IMG/VR virus record: IMGVR_UViG_3300046522_000316 | Span: 32,001 to 96,000 of that record | Length of the DNA: 64,000 nucleotides | From: a virus | Taxonomy: Duplodnaviria; Caudoviricetes | Strand: one strand, 5' to 3' | In this document: piece after piece, positions 29,359 to 39,037 of the stretch | Position numbering within the stretch: position 1 is the first letter of the stretch | Layout of the letters: every line of letters begins with the position of its first letter | Notes under the pieces: generated by a model | Databases searched by the model: none | The model's input: the letters and a program-made list of their open reading frames with translations, nothing else | What the model was told of the DNA's origin: nothing | Position numbers and translations under genes: made by a program

Positions 29359-30576
29359 TTAAAAGAAATTGCGGAAGAATCCGCCGGTAGATCCACGCCC
29401 CGGATAACCCGGAATGCGAGTCATCGCGGTGTTCGAAATTCCGAGAATACCGAACGCACGACTTGAATCAATGAAACCACCACCCACACTGCCATCGCCG
29501 CCCAAAGCACCAGCACGGCCCAACAGTTTTTTCAGCGGTTTTACTTGGCTTTCGATTTGCGCATCAATGCGGCCCAATGCACTTTCAATTGCCGGTGTGC
29601 GGTCAACGTTCAGGCTGACAGTTTGCCCGCCGAAATCAAACGCTAACGAACCTTCTGCCAAGTTCTGCGAACCTAATGCGTAGATTGCACTACAGGTCAG
29701 CCACGCATCGAGCAAAGGCCCTTGCATGTTGGTGCCGGTAAAGTTCGTGATATTCGGAAGCAATCCGTTGAAGAAACTCAGACCACGCGAGAGATATTCC
29801 ATGATATCGGATTGCGTGTATTCCAGTTCCGGAATAATGTTCGCAACCCGCGCACGGTTAATGTAATCCTCAAGCTGTCGGCTGGCCGTAAGAATCTGCG
29901 GCGTGATTGCCCACACTTTGTAAGTCAGCGTAGTTTTCGCAATCTTCCGGGCCGGGGTATGATCCACCAGCATCGTCAGAGGAAACATTTGCGGACTGCC
30001 AATAATTGCAGGCATGTCGATCACGGTACGCTTATTCATCCGTTCGATTTTAATCGCAGGATCTTCAACGTTCCAATCTGCAAAAACCGTTTTGTTGTTG
30101 TAGTACAGCGAGACAGTCAGCGTATCGCCTTCTTTCTCTTTTCTGGCGGCTGTACCTTTCGCCAAATCGGCTTTCTTCGCAGGCACTGGCGGTTTGTACG
30201 TGACCGGCACCGTTAATTGCATGCGCGTATCACGTCCGCAAATGATAACCACGTCTGCTTCACGACCGAGGGTCGCGGGTTCAACTGTGATTTTCGTTCG
30301 TGCCTGATATTGCCCGGTATCAGATTCAAATGACCAACGGGCGGTTAATTCGACCGCATCGCGCAAATCCATATTCGGGATCGGTAGGTCTGCGATCCAG
30401 TGGCCGGGCATGCTTTGATACGGCTTCGCGTAAACTTCTGCAATTACCGATTTGTCAGTATCGAATAAACGAACGAGCGGTGCCGGTGTGTTTTCCGTTG
30501 GGATTACCGGATCGTCGAAGTCATCGAAAAACTCTTCGGTGATTGAACAGGTTGCGCCTTCGTGAACGGTGGTCAT
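29359..30576 (-). CDS. Probable neck/head-tail adaptor-like structural protein
   Basis: N-terminal beta-rich domain plus helical C-terminus with FDFGGQTVSLNVDR; family assignment is recollection only. Confidence 0.35.
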   Translation of the reverse strand: MTTVHEGATCSITEEFFDDFDDPVIPTENTPAPLVRLFDTDKSVIAEVYAKPYQSMPGHWIADLPIPNMDLRDAVELTARWSFESDTGQYQARTKITVEPATLGREADVVIICGRDTRMQLTVPVTYKPPVPAKKADLAKGTAARKEKEGDTLTVSLYYNNKTVFADWNVEDPAIKIERMNKRTVIDMPAIIGSPQMFPLTMLVDHTPARKIAKTTLTYKVWAITPQILTASRQLEDYINRARVANIIPELEYTQSDIMEYLSRGLSFFNGLLPNITNFTGTNMQGPLLDAWLTCSAIYALGSQNLAEGSLAFDFGGQTVSLNVDRTPAIESALGRIDAQIESQVKPLKKLLGRAGALGGDGSVGGGFIDSSRAFGILGISNTAMTRIPGYPGRGSTGGFFRNFF

Positions 30577-31478
30577 TCCACAACCCCTTGAGACAGGTTT
30601 TTCGCCAGCGTCTCAATATCTTGCAATGCGGATTCTTCCAAAGGCAGCAGCGCGGCTAGGCCAGCTTCCTCGGGTTCGATTTTGTTCTGCACATAACGCA
30701 GGATAAATTCGCGCAATTGATCGAGCGCTTCCCCTTCGTACTGTGCGTAATATTTACTGCGTCGGCGCATTGGCAGATTCGGTGCAATAAAGCGGACGTA
30801 ATATTCAATGAATTTTGGCGTCCATTCTACGTGCAGCAAATCGGGCATTCGCTTCCAGAAATCCAGAACGTATTTCCAATCCTCCATCGCCGTATAAAAC
30901 ATGGCGCGAGGAATATTCTGGTACAGGAGTTTTCCAGCAGTGGATTCAACGCCACCGGTGTAACCGTTCATTTGTCGAATAATCGCTTTCGTGTATCCGC
31001 CTGCAATGTCGTACAAATACCGCTGATCACGTTCCATCATTTGCTGCATGCGCGCACGTGTCAGGATGTTCAACGGAATCGAAATGCTAATGAAATCTGC
31101 GGACTGATTATCGGCAGTTCCCCAAATGGCGGTGTAGCCACGCATCCACGTTTGATGCGCAACCTTTTCCACATCGGCATTATTGCGAAGTGTCCGGGCG
31201 AACGTGAACACAAGGCCAGTGCGCCGGACTTCTTTCGGGGGCATATCGACAAGGCCTACGCTCATGTTGTTGTACATCGACCAGATGTTCACCAACGTAA
31301 ACGAGGTTTTAAAGATGAACGCCATCGGCGTTTTCTTCAATGATTCTTCGACATAATCGAGAACCATTTTAATGTCGATCAGGTAACGGTCGGTGTTATA
31401 GGTGGTGATGTAATTATCGCCGCCACGGGGCCAAGCCGAAAGACGAAAATCTAACGGCTTGGAAATGAAGTAGTGCAA
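30573..31478 (-). CDS. Hypothetical protein
   Basis: TTG start directly after the upstream TAA. Confidence 0.6.
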   Translation of the reverse strand: MHYFISKPLDFRLSAWPRGGDNYITTYNTDRYLIDIKMVLDYVEESLKKTPMAFIFKTSFTLVNIWSMYNNMSVGLVDMPPKEVRRTGLVFTFARTLRNNADVEKVAHQTWMRGYTAIWGTADNQSADFISISIPLNILTRARMQQMMERDQRYLYDIAGGYTKAIIRQMNGYTGGVESTAGKLLYQNIPRAMFYTAMEDWKYVLDFWKRMPDLLHVEWTPKFIEYYVRFIAPNLPMRRRSKYYAQYEGEALDQLREFILRYVQNKIEPEEAGLAALLPLEESALQDIETLAKNLSQGVVE

Positions 31479-32609
31479 TTACTTCAGCGTCAGGCTGTAG
31501 GAGTGAACGTTCTGGTCAATGTTGCGCAGCGAACGCACATAACCTTTCTTCAACAGCGCTTTGACTTGTGGCAGGCCGTCGAAGATCCGAATAACCTGCG
31601 CCTGAATCTCACGATCATCGTCAGGGAATTCGAGAATAACTTCGTTATCTTCCACGTTAACGCCGGACACGCCTTCGATGGCGGAAAGCCGCGTGGTGAC
31701 TTCAGTCGCGTCGAGGTTGAGGTCTGCTTTGGTGGCAAACATCACAACGTCATGGCGAGCGATTTCGCGGTCGATATCTTTGACGAAATTCTTCGCGATT
31801 GCGGCGGTGTTTTCGCCTTTGATTTCGGTGCCGAGGTTGTACAGGTACGGCAGCGCCACGCGATCCAAAATGTTCACGTAGGTGCGAATTGCGAACGCAC
31901 TTTCGGTTGGTTCCAGACGCGCAGTAACCACGACGACCAGCGCCTTGTGGAAACCTTCGCTGAAATTGCGCCAGTGCGTAACGTCGCAGTTCAACACGAA
32001 ATCAATACCGCCATCAGCAGCACCGACGTTGATGTAATAGGCGAGTTCGTCTTCTGCTTCGTCGCCTTCAGCACGATTTTCAACGTGCGTTTTTTCCATG
32101 CCGTCGAAATACTTCTGAATGCGCTTGAACAGATCGCCAACTTCGTCAGGCATTACGTTGTCGGACATTTCCGACATTGCGTGCAGCGCTTCGGCGTAAA
32201 CTTCAGCCAGTGCGTTGCGGTTTTTGATCATGTCTTTGACTAGCGCTTTCATGCCTTCGTTTTCGGTGGCACTGCACTTGTCGATAATGGCGTCGAGTTC
32301 GTCAATCGCGCCGCGCATTTCGAGGGCGTCGATATTCTTTTGCAGCTGACGCGGGCCGGGCATCTTGATCTTTTGAACGGTCAGGCCGTAACCGCCCGCG
32401 CCACCTTTGCTATCGGAACCGCCGCGAACTTCGCGAACCTTTACCGAACTTGCAGTGGCTACTTTCGAGCGGAAAGCTTTACCGAAAAAGATACGCAACA
32501 GGCTGGTGAATTTCGACAACAGACGGCGGTACGAAGACTTCCGTTTGCTGTAGTATTTTGCAGCCTGTTCCGGCGTCATACGCTGGATGAAACTCAGGTC
32601 TTGTTTCAT
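31479..32609 (-). CDS. Hypothetical (possible virion) protein
   Basis: 376-aa ORF with strong codon bias. Confidence 0.65.
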   Translation of the reverse strand: MKQDLSFIQRMTPEQAAKYYSKRKSSYRRLLSKFTSLLRIFFGKAFRSKVATASSVKVREVRGGSDSKGGAGGYGLTVQKIKMPGPRQLQKNIDALEMRGAIDELDAIIDKCSATENEGMKALVKDMIKNRNALAEVYAEALHAMSEMSDNVMPDEVGDLFKRIQKYFDGMEKTHVENRAEGDEAEDELAYYINVGAADGGIDFVLNCDVTHWRNFSEGFHKALVVVVTARLEPTESAFAIRTYVNILDRVALPYLYNLGTEIKGENTAAIAKNFVKDIDREIARHDVVMFATKADLNLDATEVTTRLSAIEGVSGVNVEDNEVILEFPDDDREIQAQVIRIFDGLPQVKALLKKGYVRSLRNIDQNVHSYSLTLK

Positions 32610-33608
32610 TTAGGATTCCATGATTGTGTTGAGTTTGTCTTTTTCTGTTTTGCCGACGTTGAGTAACTTCGTCAGCTTATTCAGGGATCGCACATCGTAG
32701 ATTTTCCGACGGCCCACGATGAAGGAAATCATGAAATTGTTTCCATATTGCGACACGCGATGGATGATATCGGTGTTCGGCAAATTCACAGCCCGGCGCA
32801 GATACGGCAATACGCGGGTCAGGAACTTATTGATATCTTCCGGCTTCACAAACGGTTTCAACACAACGTTTAGGCGGTCGTCAGTTACATCGACGCTTTT
32901 CACCAGTTTGGAAGCGAGCAATTTATCGTCTTTCGGCACCGGTTTGTCGATGTAATCGAAATCGGAAAGATTGCCCATGATGTAGGTCTGCACGTCCTTT
33001 GCCGAATCAACGCCGGTTTCTTCTGACAATACAAACGGGGAATCAGGAATTGCGATGCGGTATTGCCCGCCGTACAGCGTGAGCTTAACGGTGATTGGCC
33101 CGCTAACGAATCCGTTTTTATCCTGCACACCATTGTCTGTCCGGAAACAAATCATTTGGTATTCAGGCAAACGAATATGCAATTGCGTTGTGTGGCTGAT
33201 CTTCGAAAGGAAACGATATACAATTTCCGACAGATAATTGAGGTGCTTGTCCATTCGACTGGAACAAACGCTATCAATCAAATCCATCAAAGTCTTTTGG
33301 AATGCACGAATGTTCTGTTGCTGTGCGGCAATCATTTGGAAACAGCGATCACGTTTGGAATCGCTAAAGTCTTGAGCGACGGTGCGCGCACAACGAAGTT
33401 CCACCAATGAATCGACGCAGAATGTCAGAGCTTCCACACCATCGGATACCTTGAGGAATGGCAGCTTCTTTTGGTTGAATTTCGAAACCAAAACGCTGGT
33501 AGCCGTGTTGATCCGGGTTAATACCGTTACGACTTCGTTTGCGTTTCGGGCATTTTTAAGATCAATGATATTGGGGTTATCATCAATGTATTTTGATTGT
33601 ATTTGCAA
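32610..33608 (-). CDS. Hypothetical (possible virion) protein
   Basis: 332-aa ORF. Confidence 0.65.
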   Translation of the reverse strand: MQIQSKYIDDNPNIIDLKNARNANEVVTVLTRINTATSVLVSKFNQKKLPFLKVSDGVEALTFCVDSLVELRCARTVAQDFSDSKRDRCFQMIAAQQQNIRAFQKTLMDLIDSVCSSRMDKHLNYLSEIVYRFLSKISHTTQLHIRLPEYQMICFRTDNGVQDKNGFVSGPITVKLTLYGGQYRIAIPDSPFVLSEETGVDSAKDVQTYIMGNLSDFDYIDKPVPKDDKLLASKLVKSVDVTDDRLNVVLKPFVKPEDINKFLTRVLPYLRRAVNLPNTDIIHRVSQYGNNFMISFIVGRRKIYDVRSLNKLTKLLNVGKTEKDKLNTIMES

Positions 33609-33660
33609 TGCACGTACACCCGAATATGTGGATATACAATTAAATTATGGTCTAGATAGC

Positions 33661-33700
33661 AAAAAACCCGCCTCCCCTTTTACAGAGAGACGGGTTTTTT
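33661..33700. terminator. Bidirectional-type terminator
   Basis: AAAAAACCCG...CGGGTTTTTT inverted repeat downstream of the H1-like gene. Confidence 0.75.
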
Positions 33701-33726
33701 GTTTGAATCAAACTACGAATCGCGTA

Positions 33727-35130
33727 TTAGGCGAAACGAGCTTTTGGAACGGCACCACCGGATTTCTTACCAGCTGCTGCTTTGGCCGGTGCGGCTTTGG
33801 CGCTAGGCGCTTTAGCTGCTGGCTTTTTCGCGGCGGCTTTTTTGGTTGGTGCTTTGGCTGCTTTGGCCGGGGCCTTAGCTGCTTTGGCTGGTGCCTTGGC
33901 GGATTTCTTTTCAGCGGCTTTGGCCGGAGCTTTTGCAGCGGCTTTCACCGGTGCTTTGGCTTCAGTTTCTTTCGCTTTGTTTTTCGAACCAGCCGGACGG
34001 CCACGCTTTTTCGCAGGAGCTTCAGCGGCTGGCGCTTTGGCTGCTGGCTTTTTAGCGGCGGCTTTTTTGGTTGGTGCTTTTGCTGCTGGCTTTGCAGCCG
34101 GTGCAGCTTCAGCTTTCGGTTTGTTTTTGGTGCCAGCCGGGCGACCGCGTTTCTTGGCTGCTGGTGCAGCTGGAGCGGCGGCAGTTTCTTTCGGCTTGTT
34201 TTTGGTGCCAGCTGGACGACCGCGTTTTTTCGCAGGTGCTGCTTCAGCGGCTGGCGCTTTTGCGGCTGGTGCTTTTTTCGCGGCTTTCGCGGCTGGTGCC
34301 GGTGCAGCAGTTTCTTTCGGCTTGTTCTTCACGCCAGCAGGACGACCGCGTTTCTTGGCCGGTGCAGCGGCGGCAGGAGCCGGGGCGTTCGAAGCGGCTG
34401 GTTTAGCAGCTGCTTTAGGCGCCTTTTTGGTCACGCCACCAGCGGCTTTTTTGGCTGCTGGTTTTTTGGTGCCGAAGTGTTTTGCAGCAATGCGTGCAAC
34501 GCCGTCTTTCGCAGCTTTCGCGCCGATATCAACCAGACGTTTGCCTGCGGACGAAATCGGTTTGGCTTTGAAATTGCTGATCAGGGACTTCAGGGAGAAT
34601 TTACCCTTCGGTTTGATTTTCGCCATTGCCTGACGGTGGCTGGCGGCAGCTTTGGTACGCTCGGCGGCGAGGTTTTTACGCTCGTTCGCGTAGCGGGATT
34701 TTTCGGCTTGACGCATCGCGGCGCGTTTGGCTGGAGCGACTTTCGCAGAACGGATCTTGCTCAGTGCTTTCTGGTGAGCGCTTTGCAGGCCCAGCGATTT
34801 TTTCCGGATTTGTTCACGGATTTGACGCTGTGCAGCAGTCACTTCACGCTTTTGACCAGCGGCGTGCGAACCAGCGGCGCGGTGCTTACGGCGTTTTTTC
34901 CACGCGGCAACCACTTTCTTCGCTTCGGCTTCGGTGGCACCGTGGCGCATGGCCTTGGTGAACACTTGGCGAGCGTGGAACTTCAGCTTTTCAGCAGGAG
35001 TCATGGTTTTGTAGCGTTGTTTGGCAAGCTTGTTCAGCTTGTTTTTGTTTTTCCGGCGGTAGACTTTGCCTTTCTTGGCCTCTTTAATGGCCTCGGCTCC
35101 CTTCCGCTTTTGTACGACTTTCATAACCAT
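33727..35130 (-). CDS. Histone H1-like Lys/Ala/Pro-rich protein with four AT-hook-like repeats
   Basis: 467 aa dominated by K/A/P; four KKRGRPAG(V/T/S)KNK repeats; PAKKAAAKK-type repeats. Confidence 0.8.
   Translation of the reverse strand: MVMKVVQKRKGAEAIKEAKKGKVYRRKNKNKLNKLAKQRYKTMTPAEKLKFHARQVFTKAMRHGATEAEAKKVVAAWKKRRKHRAAGSHAAGQKREVTAAQRQIREQIRKKSLGLQSAHQKALSKIRSAKVAPAKRAAMRQAEKSRYANERKNLAAERTKAAASHRQAMAKIKPKGKFSLKSLISNFKAKPISSAGKRLVDIGAKAAKDGVARIAAKHFGTKKPAAKKAAGGVTKKAPKAAAKPAASNAPAPAAAAPAKKRGRPAGVKNKPKETAAPAPAAKAAKKAPAAKAPAAEAAPAKKRGRPAGTKNKPKETAAAPAAPAAKKRGRPAGTKNKPKAEAAPAAKPAAKAPTKKAAAKKPAAKAPAAEAPAKKRGRPAGSKNKAKETEAKAPVKAAAKAPAKAAEKKSAKAPAKAAKAPAKAAKAPTKKAAAKKPAAKAPSAKAAPAKAAAGKKSGGAVPKARFA
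33965..34362 (-). repeat. Four imperfect coding repeats of AKKRGRPAGxKNKxK
   Basis: Plus-strand copies near 33970, 34115, 34188 and 34321. Confidence 0.85.
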
Positions 35131-35240
35131 CGTGCGAATCCTCGATTAAGGGTGTGTAGTTGGCTTAATCGTAGCGCCACGATGCGTACCAACTAATAAT
35201 AAATTAGTATTATCCGAATTAATTAAAAGTTCCGGTACGG

Positions 35241-36290
35241 TCAGGAAAAGCCGAGGGCGTTGCGGGCTTTATTCGCCTCCTTTAACGTCAATTTTATTTC
35301 CTTTTGATCCAGCCCTTCGGCCCCAAGGAATGCTTCCAAACCGAATAGCGGATCAATGTCGGCTCGTTCGATTTTAATCGTTTCAATATCCGTATTATCT
35401 ACGGATTTATTTCCCGTCCAATGAATGCCCCCGGTAATATTCGGATATTGCAGCATTAAATCGGCAGGCATTGGCACTTCAGGATTGAAATGCAGTTTAT
35501 AACGGATATTCGAATCGTGCTTCAGTTTCTTCAGATCATTGAGGTCATCAATAACCAGATTAATCAGCGTGAAGCCCGGTTTATTCTCGACGAATTTGTG
35601 TTCGAATTCAATCTTGTTATCGACCAACGTCGCCCGGAAATGAATGAACCCTTTAGGCAACGCTTCACCGAAATTCTTTTGGAACGGATTACCGCAATAA
35701 ACCGCACGCTTCGATTTCATGTACTGGTATTGATGGATATGACCGCTGATTGTGAAATCGTTTTTGTGCGCTTGCAGTTCGTGCTTCGTTTTCAATGCCC
35801 GGCCATTGTCACCAATCGCCCCGGTATATTCCACGTGTGCGATATTCAACGCGCCTTCTTTTTTCGACAACGATTTCAGGCACGGATAAGGCAGCAGGTT
35901 GACCGGCACGCCGTCGATTTCTACGCGCTCAGGTTTCAATACGATTTTGAGATTTTTGAATGCACGCGTCTTGCTCAAACGGTACATGAAATTCATCGAC
36001 ATTTTCTCGACGTTTTCAAAGTCGTGATTGCCTGCCACGTAAATGATGGTCAGCAGCTTGTCGTATTTGTAGAACAGGTTAAACAGTTTGGTGTAAGTGT
36101 CGAACGGCAGGTTCGGTGTATCGGTAATGTCGCCGGGAAACAGCACGTATTTAATGCCGTTATTCAGCGCGTATTGAAAAATCTTTTCACCCTCGGCCAG
36201 AATGCGATCATCGCCGTCCGAGAAATGTTTATTCAAACCGGTCAGGTGCCAGTCACTGGTGGAAATGCCTTCAAACGATGGGTTCGACAC
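35241..36290 (-). CDS. sbcD: SbcD/Mre11 metallophosphoesterase nuclease
   Basis: TSDWH, FPGDITD, AGNHD, SGHIH, YCGNPFQKNFGE motifs. Confidence 0.9.
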   Translation of the reverse strand: MSNPSFEGISTSDWHLTGLNKHFSDGDDRILAEGEKIFQYALNNGIKYVLFPGDITDTPNLPFDTYTKLFNLFYKYDKLLTIIYVAGNHDFENVEKMSMNFMYRLSKTRAFKNLKIVLKPERVEIDGVPVNLLPYPCLKSLSKKEGALNIAHVEYTGAIGDNGRALKTKHELQAHKNDFTISGHIHQYQYMKSKRAVYCGNPFQKNFGEALPKGFIHFRATLVDNKIEFEHKFVENKPGFTLINLVIDDLNDLKKLKHDSNIRYKLHFNPEVPMPADLMLQYPNITGGIHWTGNKSVDNTDIETIKIERADIDPLFGLEAFLGAEGLDQKEIKLTLKEANKARNALGFS

Positions 36291-36299
36291 TGGTTGTTC

Positions 36300-36605
36300 C
36301 TATTTACGAGTCCATGAGAGTTCCAAATCGTAACCGAGTTTGGTGGCGATCACGATTAACACATCGAGGTCGGCATGCACCAATTTCTCATGGTCATTTT
36401 CTGGAACTTCGTCATAGAAATACGGAGTGAGTTCGCGATTCAGCGGCCCGCCCATGACAAGGTATTTACTGCGCACAAATTCACGAAAAAGGCGGTCATG
36501 GTCGAGACGCGGTTTGCCCTTGAGTGAGGGCCGGGATTGACGATCCAATTCGTTGATGATCAGAGCGTAAAGTTCCCGCTTCATTTTATTTACAGTATGG
36601 TTCAT
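36300..36605 (-). CDS. Hypothetical protein
   Basis: Start at 36605 (ATGA overlap) or 36584. Confidence 0.55.
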   Translation of the reverse strand: MNHTVNKMKRELYALIINELDRQSRPSLKGKPRLDHDRLFREFVRSKYLVMGGPLNRELTPYFYDEVPENDHEKLVHADLDVLIVIATKLGYDLELSWTRK

Positions 36606-36994
36606 TCGCGATTTACCGTGACCGTGAAGTGGATGCGTTTGAGGGGCTGGCACAACTGGAATTCGGTGTAGACAGTGCCGAGTTGCTTGCGCCCTACTTT
36701 GTGCGCGTGGCGGCGACCGTACAGCGTGAGGTCAAGGATTTTCTTTCCGTCCGTATCGTTGAGGCGAACAACGCAGCGATTTTTAATATCGTGGATTGAG
36801 TAGGCCGCAACCTGTGCCGAAAACGGATCGTAAATGGCGCCACTCGTTTTGAGGTCTTCCATGAATTCGCTAATGTGTTTGCCGAATTCTTCGCGCTCAC
36901 GTTTTTCGTCACGCGGTGCCGTTACGATTTCTTCAACCTGTTGCTGGATGTGAGCCAACAGGCGGCGCGCATTGATCTTTTCGAGCGGAGTCAT
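36602..36994 (-). CDS. Hypothetical protein
   Basis: Coupled ORF. Confidence 0.65.
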   Translation of the reverse strand: MTPLEKINARRLLAHIQQQVEEIVTAPRDEKREREEFGKHISEFMEDLKTSGAIYDPFSAQVAAYSIHDIKNRCVVRLNDTDGKKILDLTLYGRRHAHKVGRKQLGTVYTEFQLCQPLKRIHFTVTVNRE

Positions 36995-37308
36995 GCGAGA
37001 TTCCTGTGACGAAGGCGCAGGCAGGAGCCGGGATAAAGAACTTTCGGATCAAACAGATTATTGATGAACGCCACACGGTCGGCGTCCACTTCAAAACGCT
37101 GTGCAATCTCCACCAATTTGTCGTTGGTTTTGATGTGGTAAATGTTGTAGCGGTCGCCCAGTTCACGTTCGTACTGAACATCGCTGAAACATTCGGCGGG
37201 CGGCGTGTAAACGCAACGTGTGCGAAAGATCGGAACGTCCAGCGGATTCAATTGCGCGGCCAGCATTTCGATTTGTTCTTCGCGGTCTAGCTCGACAACT
37301 GCATTCAT
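36991..37308 (-). CDS. LysM domain protein
   Basis: YHIKTNDKLVEIAQRFEVDADRVAFINNLFDPKVLYPGSCLRL is a LysM consensus match. Confidence 0.85.
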   Translation of the reverse strand: MNAVVELDREEQIEMLAAQLNPLDVPIFRTRCVYTPPAECFSDVQYERELGDRYNIYHIKTNDKLVEIAQRFEVDADRVAFINNLFDPKVLYPGSCLRLRHRNLA

Positions 37309-37658
37309 TGGGCGTCCTCAACGGATTTATAACGATCTTCCCACTCAACAGCCGGGGGATTTTCTGGATCGAATTCGTACAGGCCTTCGTGGCCCGTGAT
37401 TTCCGAAATGGTGATGCGACGATTACCGCCACGGCTCCCGGCTTCCCACACTTCACAATCGAAGAAAGCAACGAGAACATCACGCAGCGTAGGGAACAAT
37501 TCTTTGATTCGTTCCCAACTTTCGTTTTCAAGCATTTCGGTGACGTAAACCCACGACGCATCCTCTTCCGCACGCAGCACGCAGTGGATTGGTTCCTGCC
37601 CACGAATACGGATTTCTTCAAACGTGAGTTTCAGTTTCAGAAGTTCATGCATCGCCAT
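37305..37658 (-). CDS. Hypothetical protein
   Basis: Probable start at 37658 or 37652. Confidence 0.6.
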   Translation of the reverse strand: MAMHELLKLKLTFEEIRIRGQEPIHCVLRAEEDASWVYVTEMLENESWERIKELFPTLRDVLVAFFDCEVWEAGSRGGNRRITISEITGHEGLYEFDPENPPAVEWEDRYKSVEDAQ

Positions 37659-37896
37659 CGTCGTCACCGGGTTTTTCGTTGATAAGGGCCAGACCTTTTT
37701 TGGTGGCCCAACCACTGTTCAGGCTCACACCGTAGTCGATGTATCCGCGATCCGCTGCACGCTCCATTGCGCGCCAGCAAACTTTTTCGGATTCACCGGT
37801 TGTTTCAATCAATACGGCGAGCGGAGATAACGCGAATTCTTGCCGCCAGACATAAGCATCAACCACCATGCGATCGGTTACGTCTTTCCGGGCCAT
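37645..37896 (-). CDS. Small winged-helix-like hypothetical protein
   Basis: EKVCWRAMERAADRGYIDYGVSLNSGWATKKG pattern. Confidence 0.5.
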   Translation of the reverse strand: MARKDVTDRMVVDAYVWRQEFALSPLAVLIETTGESEKVCWRAMERAADRGYIDYGVSLNSGWATKKGLALINEKPGDDDGDA

Positions 37897-37899
37897 TTT

Positions 37900-38247
37900 T
37901 TAATCCCCTGTAATTGGTTTCCAAAGTTTCGCGTATTTCAAAACATTCGGAAGGTTGTCACTCTGCACGGGCAGCACCACAAGGCACGACGGTTCCCCGT
38001 TGCAGATTGTGTTTTCGTGGCCTTGGTGACATGCCAAAGTTTCACGGATTTTATCGAACTCACGGCGAGTAACACGCACCGTTACTTTGCGGAAAGAGTG
38101 AATAAACCATTCGATGTATTCGGGATATTTTGGATCGTCGAAAATCGTATGGGCAGTCAGGATGGAATGCGCAACCAATGTCGGCACCATGTAATCAGGT
38201 GCTTCGTCGAGAACTGCGATGTACATTTTGCTGTAGCGTTCGTTCAT
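37900..38247 (-). CDS. Peptidyl-tRNA hydrolase 2 (Pth2)-like protein
   Basis: MYIAVLD...LVAHSIL...W...SFRKVTVRV matches the Pth2 layout (K.VIVV...AAQ..HA...W...Q.KVVLKV). Confidence 0.55.
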   Translation of the reverse strand: MNERYSKMYIAVLDEAPDYMVPTLVAHSILTAHTIFDDPKYPEYIEWFIHSFRKVTVRVTRREFDKIRETLACHQGHENTICNGEPSCLVVLPVQSDNLPNVLKYAKLWKPITGD

Positions 38248-38645
38248 GCTTCTACCGTTTCAATTTGCCAGTCGATGCTGTAGGTTTTCGCGAACACTTG
38301 CGCCAGACGCAGTGAACGGAATTTGATTTTGAAACAGGGCCAACTGTACTCAACAACCGCACCGCCCGGCACGCCGTAAACGACGTAAGGTTTTACAACC
38401 GGCTGGGGTTCGGCTGCTTTCATCCAGTCACGCACGAATTTCGTCACAGGGCTGTGCGAATTATCCACGACTTCGCAATGGTGCGTCAGCTTGGGCGGTT
38501 TCACCAGACAACCGGAAGGTTTATTCGTGAGTTCGAATCCTTGCAGGCCTTCGACAAAGGCGCCGGTAGCTTCCAGAGACAGCGGAATATTTTCGAAAGT
38601 TACCTGATATTTGCGCAGGTCTTCCGGGCAAATGTTCCCGATCAT
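38244..38645 (-). CDS. Hypothetical protein
   Basis: Coupled ORF. Confidence 0.6.
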   Translation of the reverse strand: MIGNICPEDLRKYQVTFENIPLSLEATGAFVEGLQGFELTNKPSGCLVKPPKLTHHCEVVDNSHSPVTKFVRDWMKAAEPQPVVKPYVVYGVPGGAVVEYSWPCFKIKFRSLRLAQVFAKTYSIDWQIETVEA

Positions 38646-39037
38646 TCCAGCACTTCCATCATGAGGCGATCAACGCTCAGGCCGATACGCTGGCACATGC
38701 CGGTCAACTGGTCACGGCTCAGACGATCAATGCGGCCCTGCAAAATATCGTCAAGGCGATTGTTGGAAATGTTCAACTGCTGACAAATCACTTCGGGGTT
38801 TTGGCCGAGACGTTTGATTTCACGACCGAGGGCGCGCAGCAGGTAGCTACGAATTTTCATGGCGAGCGATTCTTCAGGGTTTTCGCAGATCGCATCCCAC
38901 ACGCTTTCGTAACACTGGCGTTTGGTTTCTTCGTCCACGGAACTTTTGACGATATCGACCACCAGCACATTTTGGTCAATGGCTTCAGGCGGGTTGTTGG
39001 TGTGGTCGCAGATAACCGTATATTCGTGTCGGCTCAT
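38642..39037 (-). CDS. XRE-type helix-turn-helix protein
   Basis: QNPEVICQQLNISNNRLDDILQGRIDRLSRDQL resembles HTH_37/HigA-like XRE domains. Confidence 0.7.
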   Translation of the reverse strand: MSRHEYTVICDHTNNPPEAIDQNVLVVDIVKSSVDEETKRQCYESVWDAICENPEESLAMKIRSYLLRALGREIKRLGQNPEVICQQLNISNNRLDDILQGRIDRLSRDQLTGMCQRIGLSVDRLMMEVLE

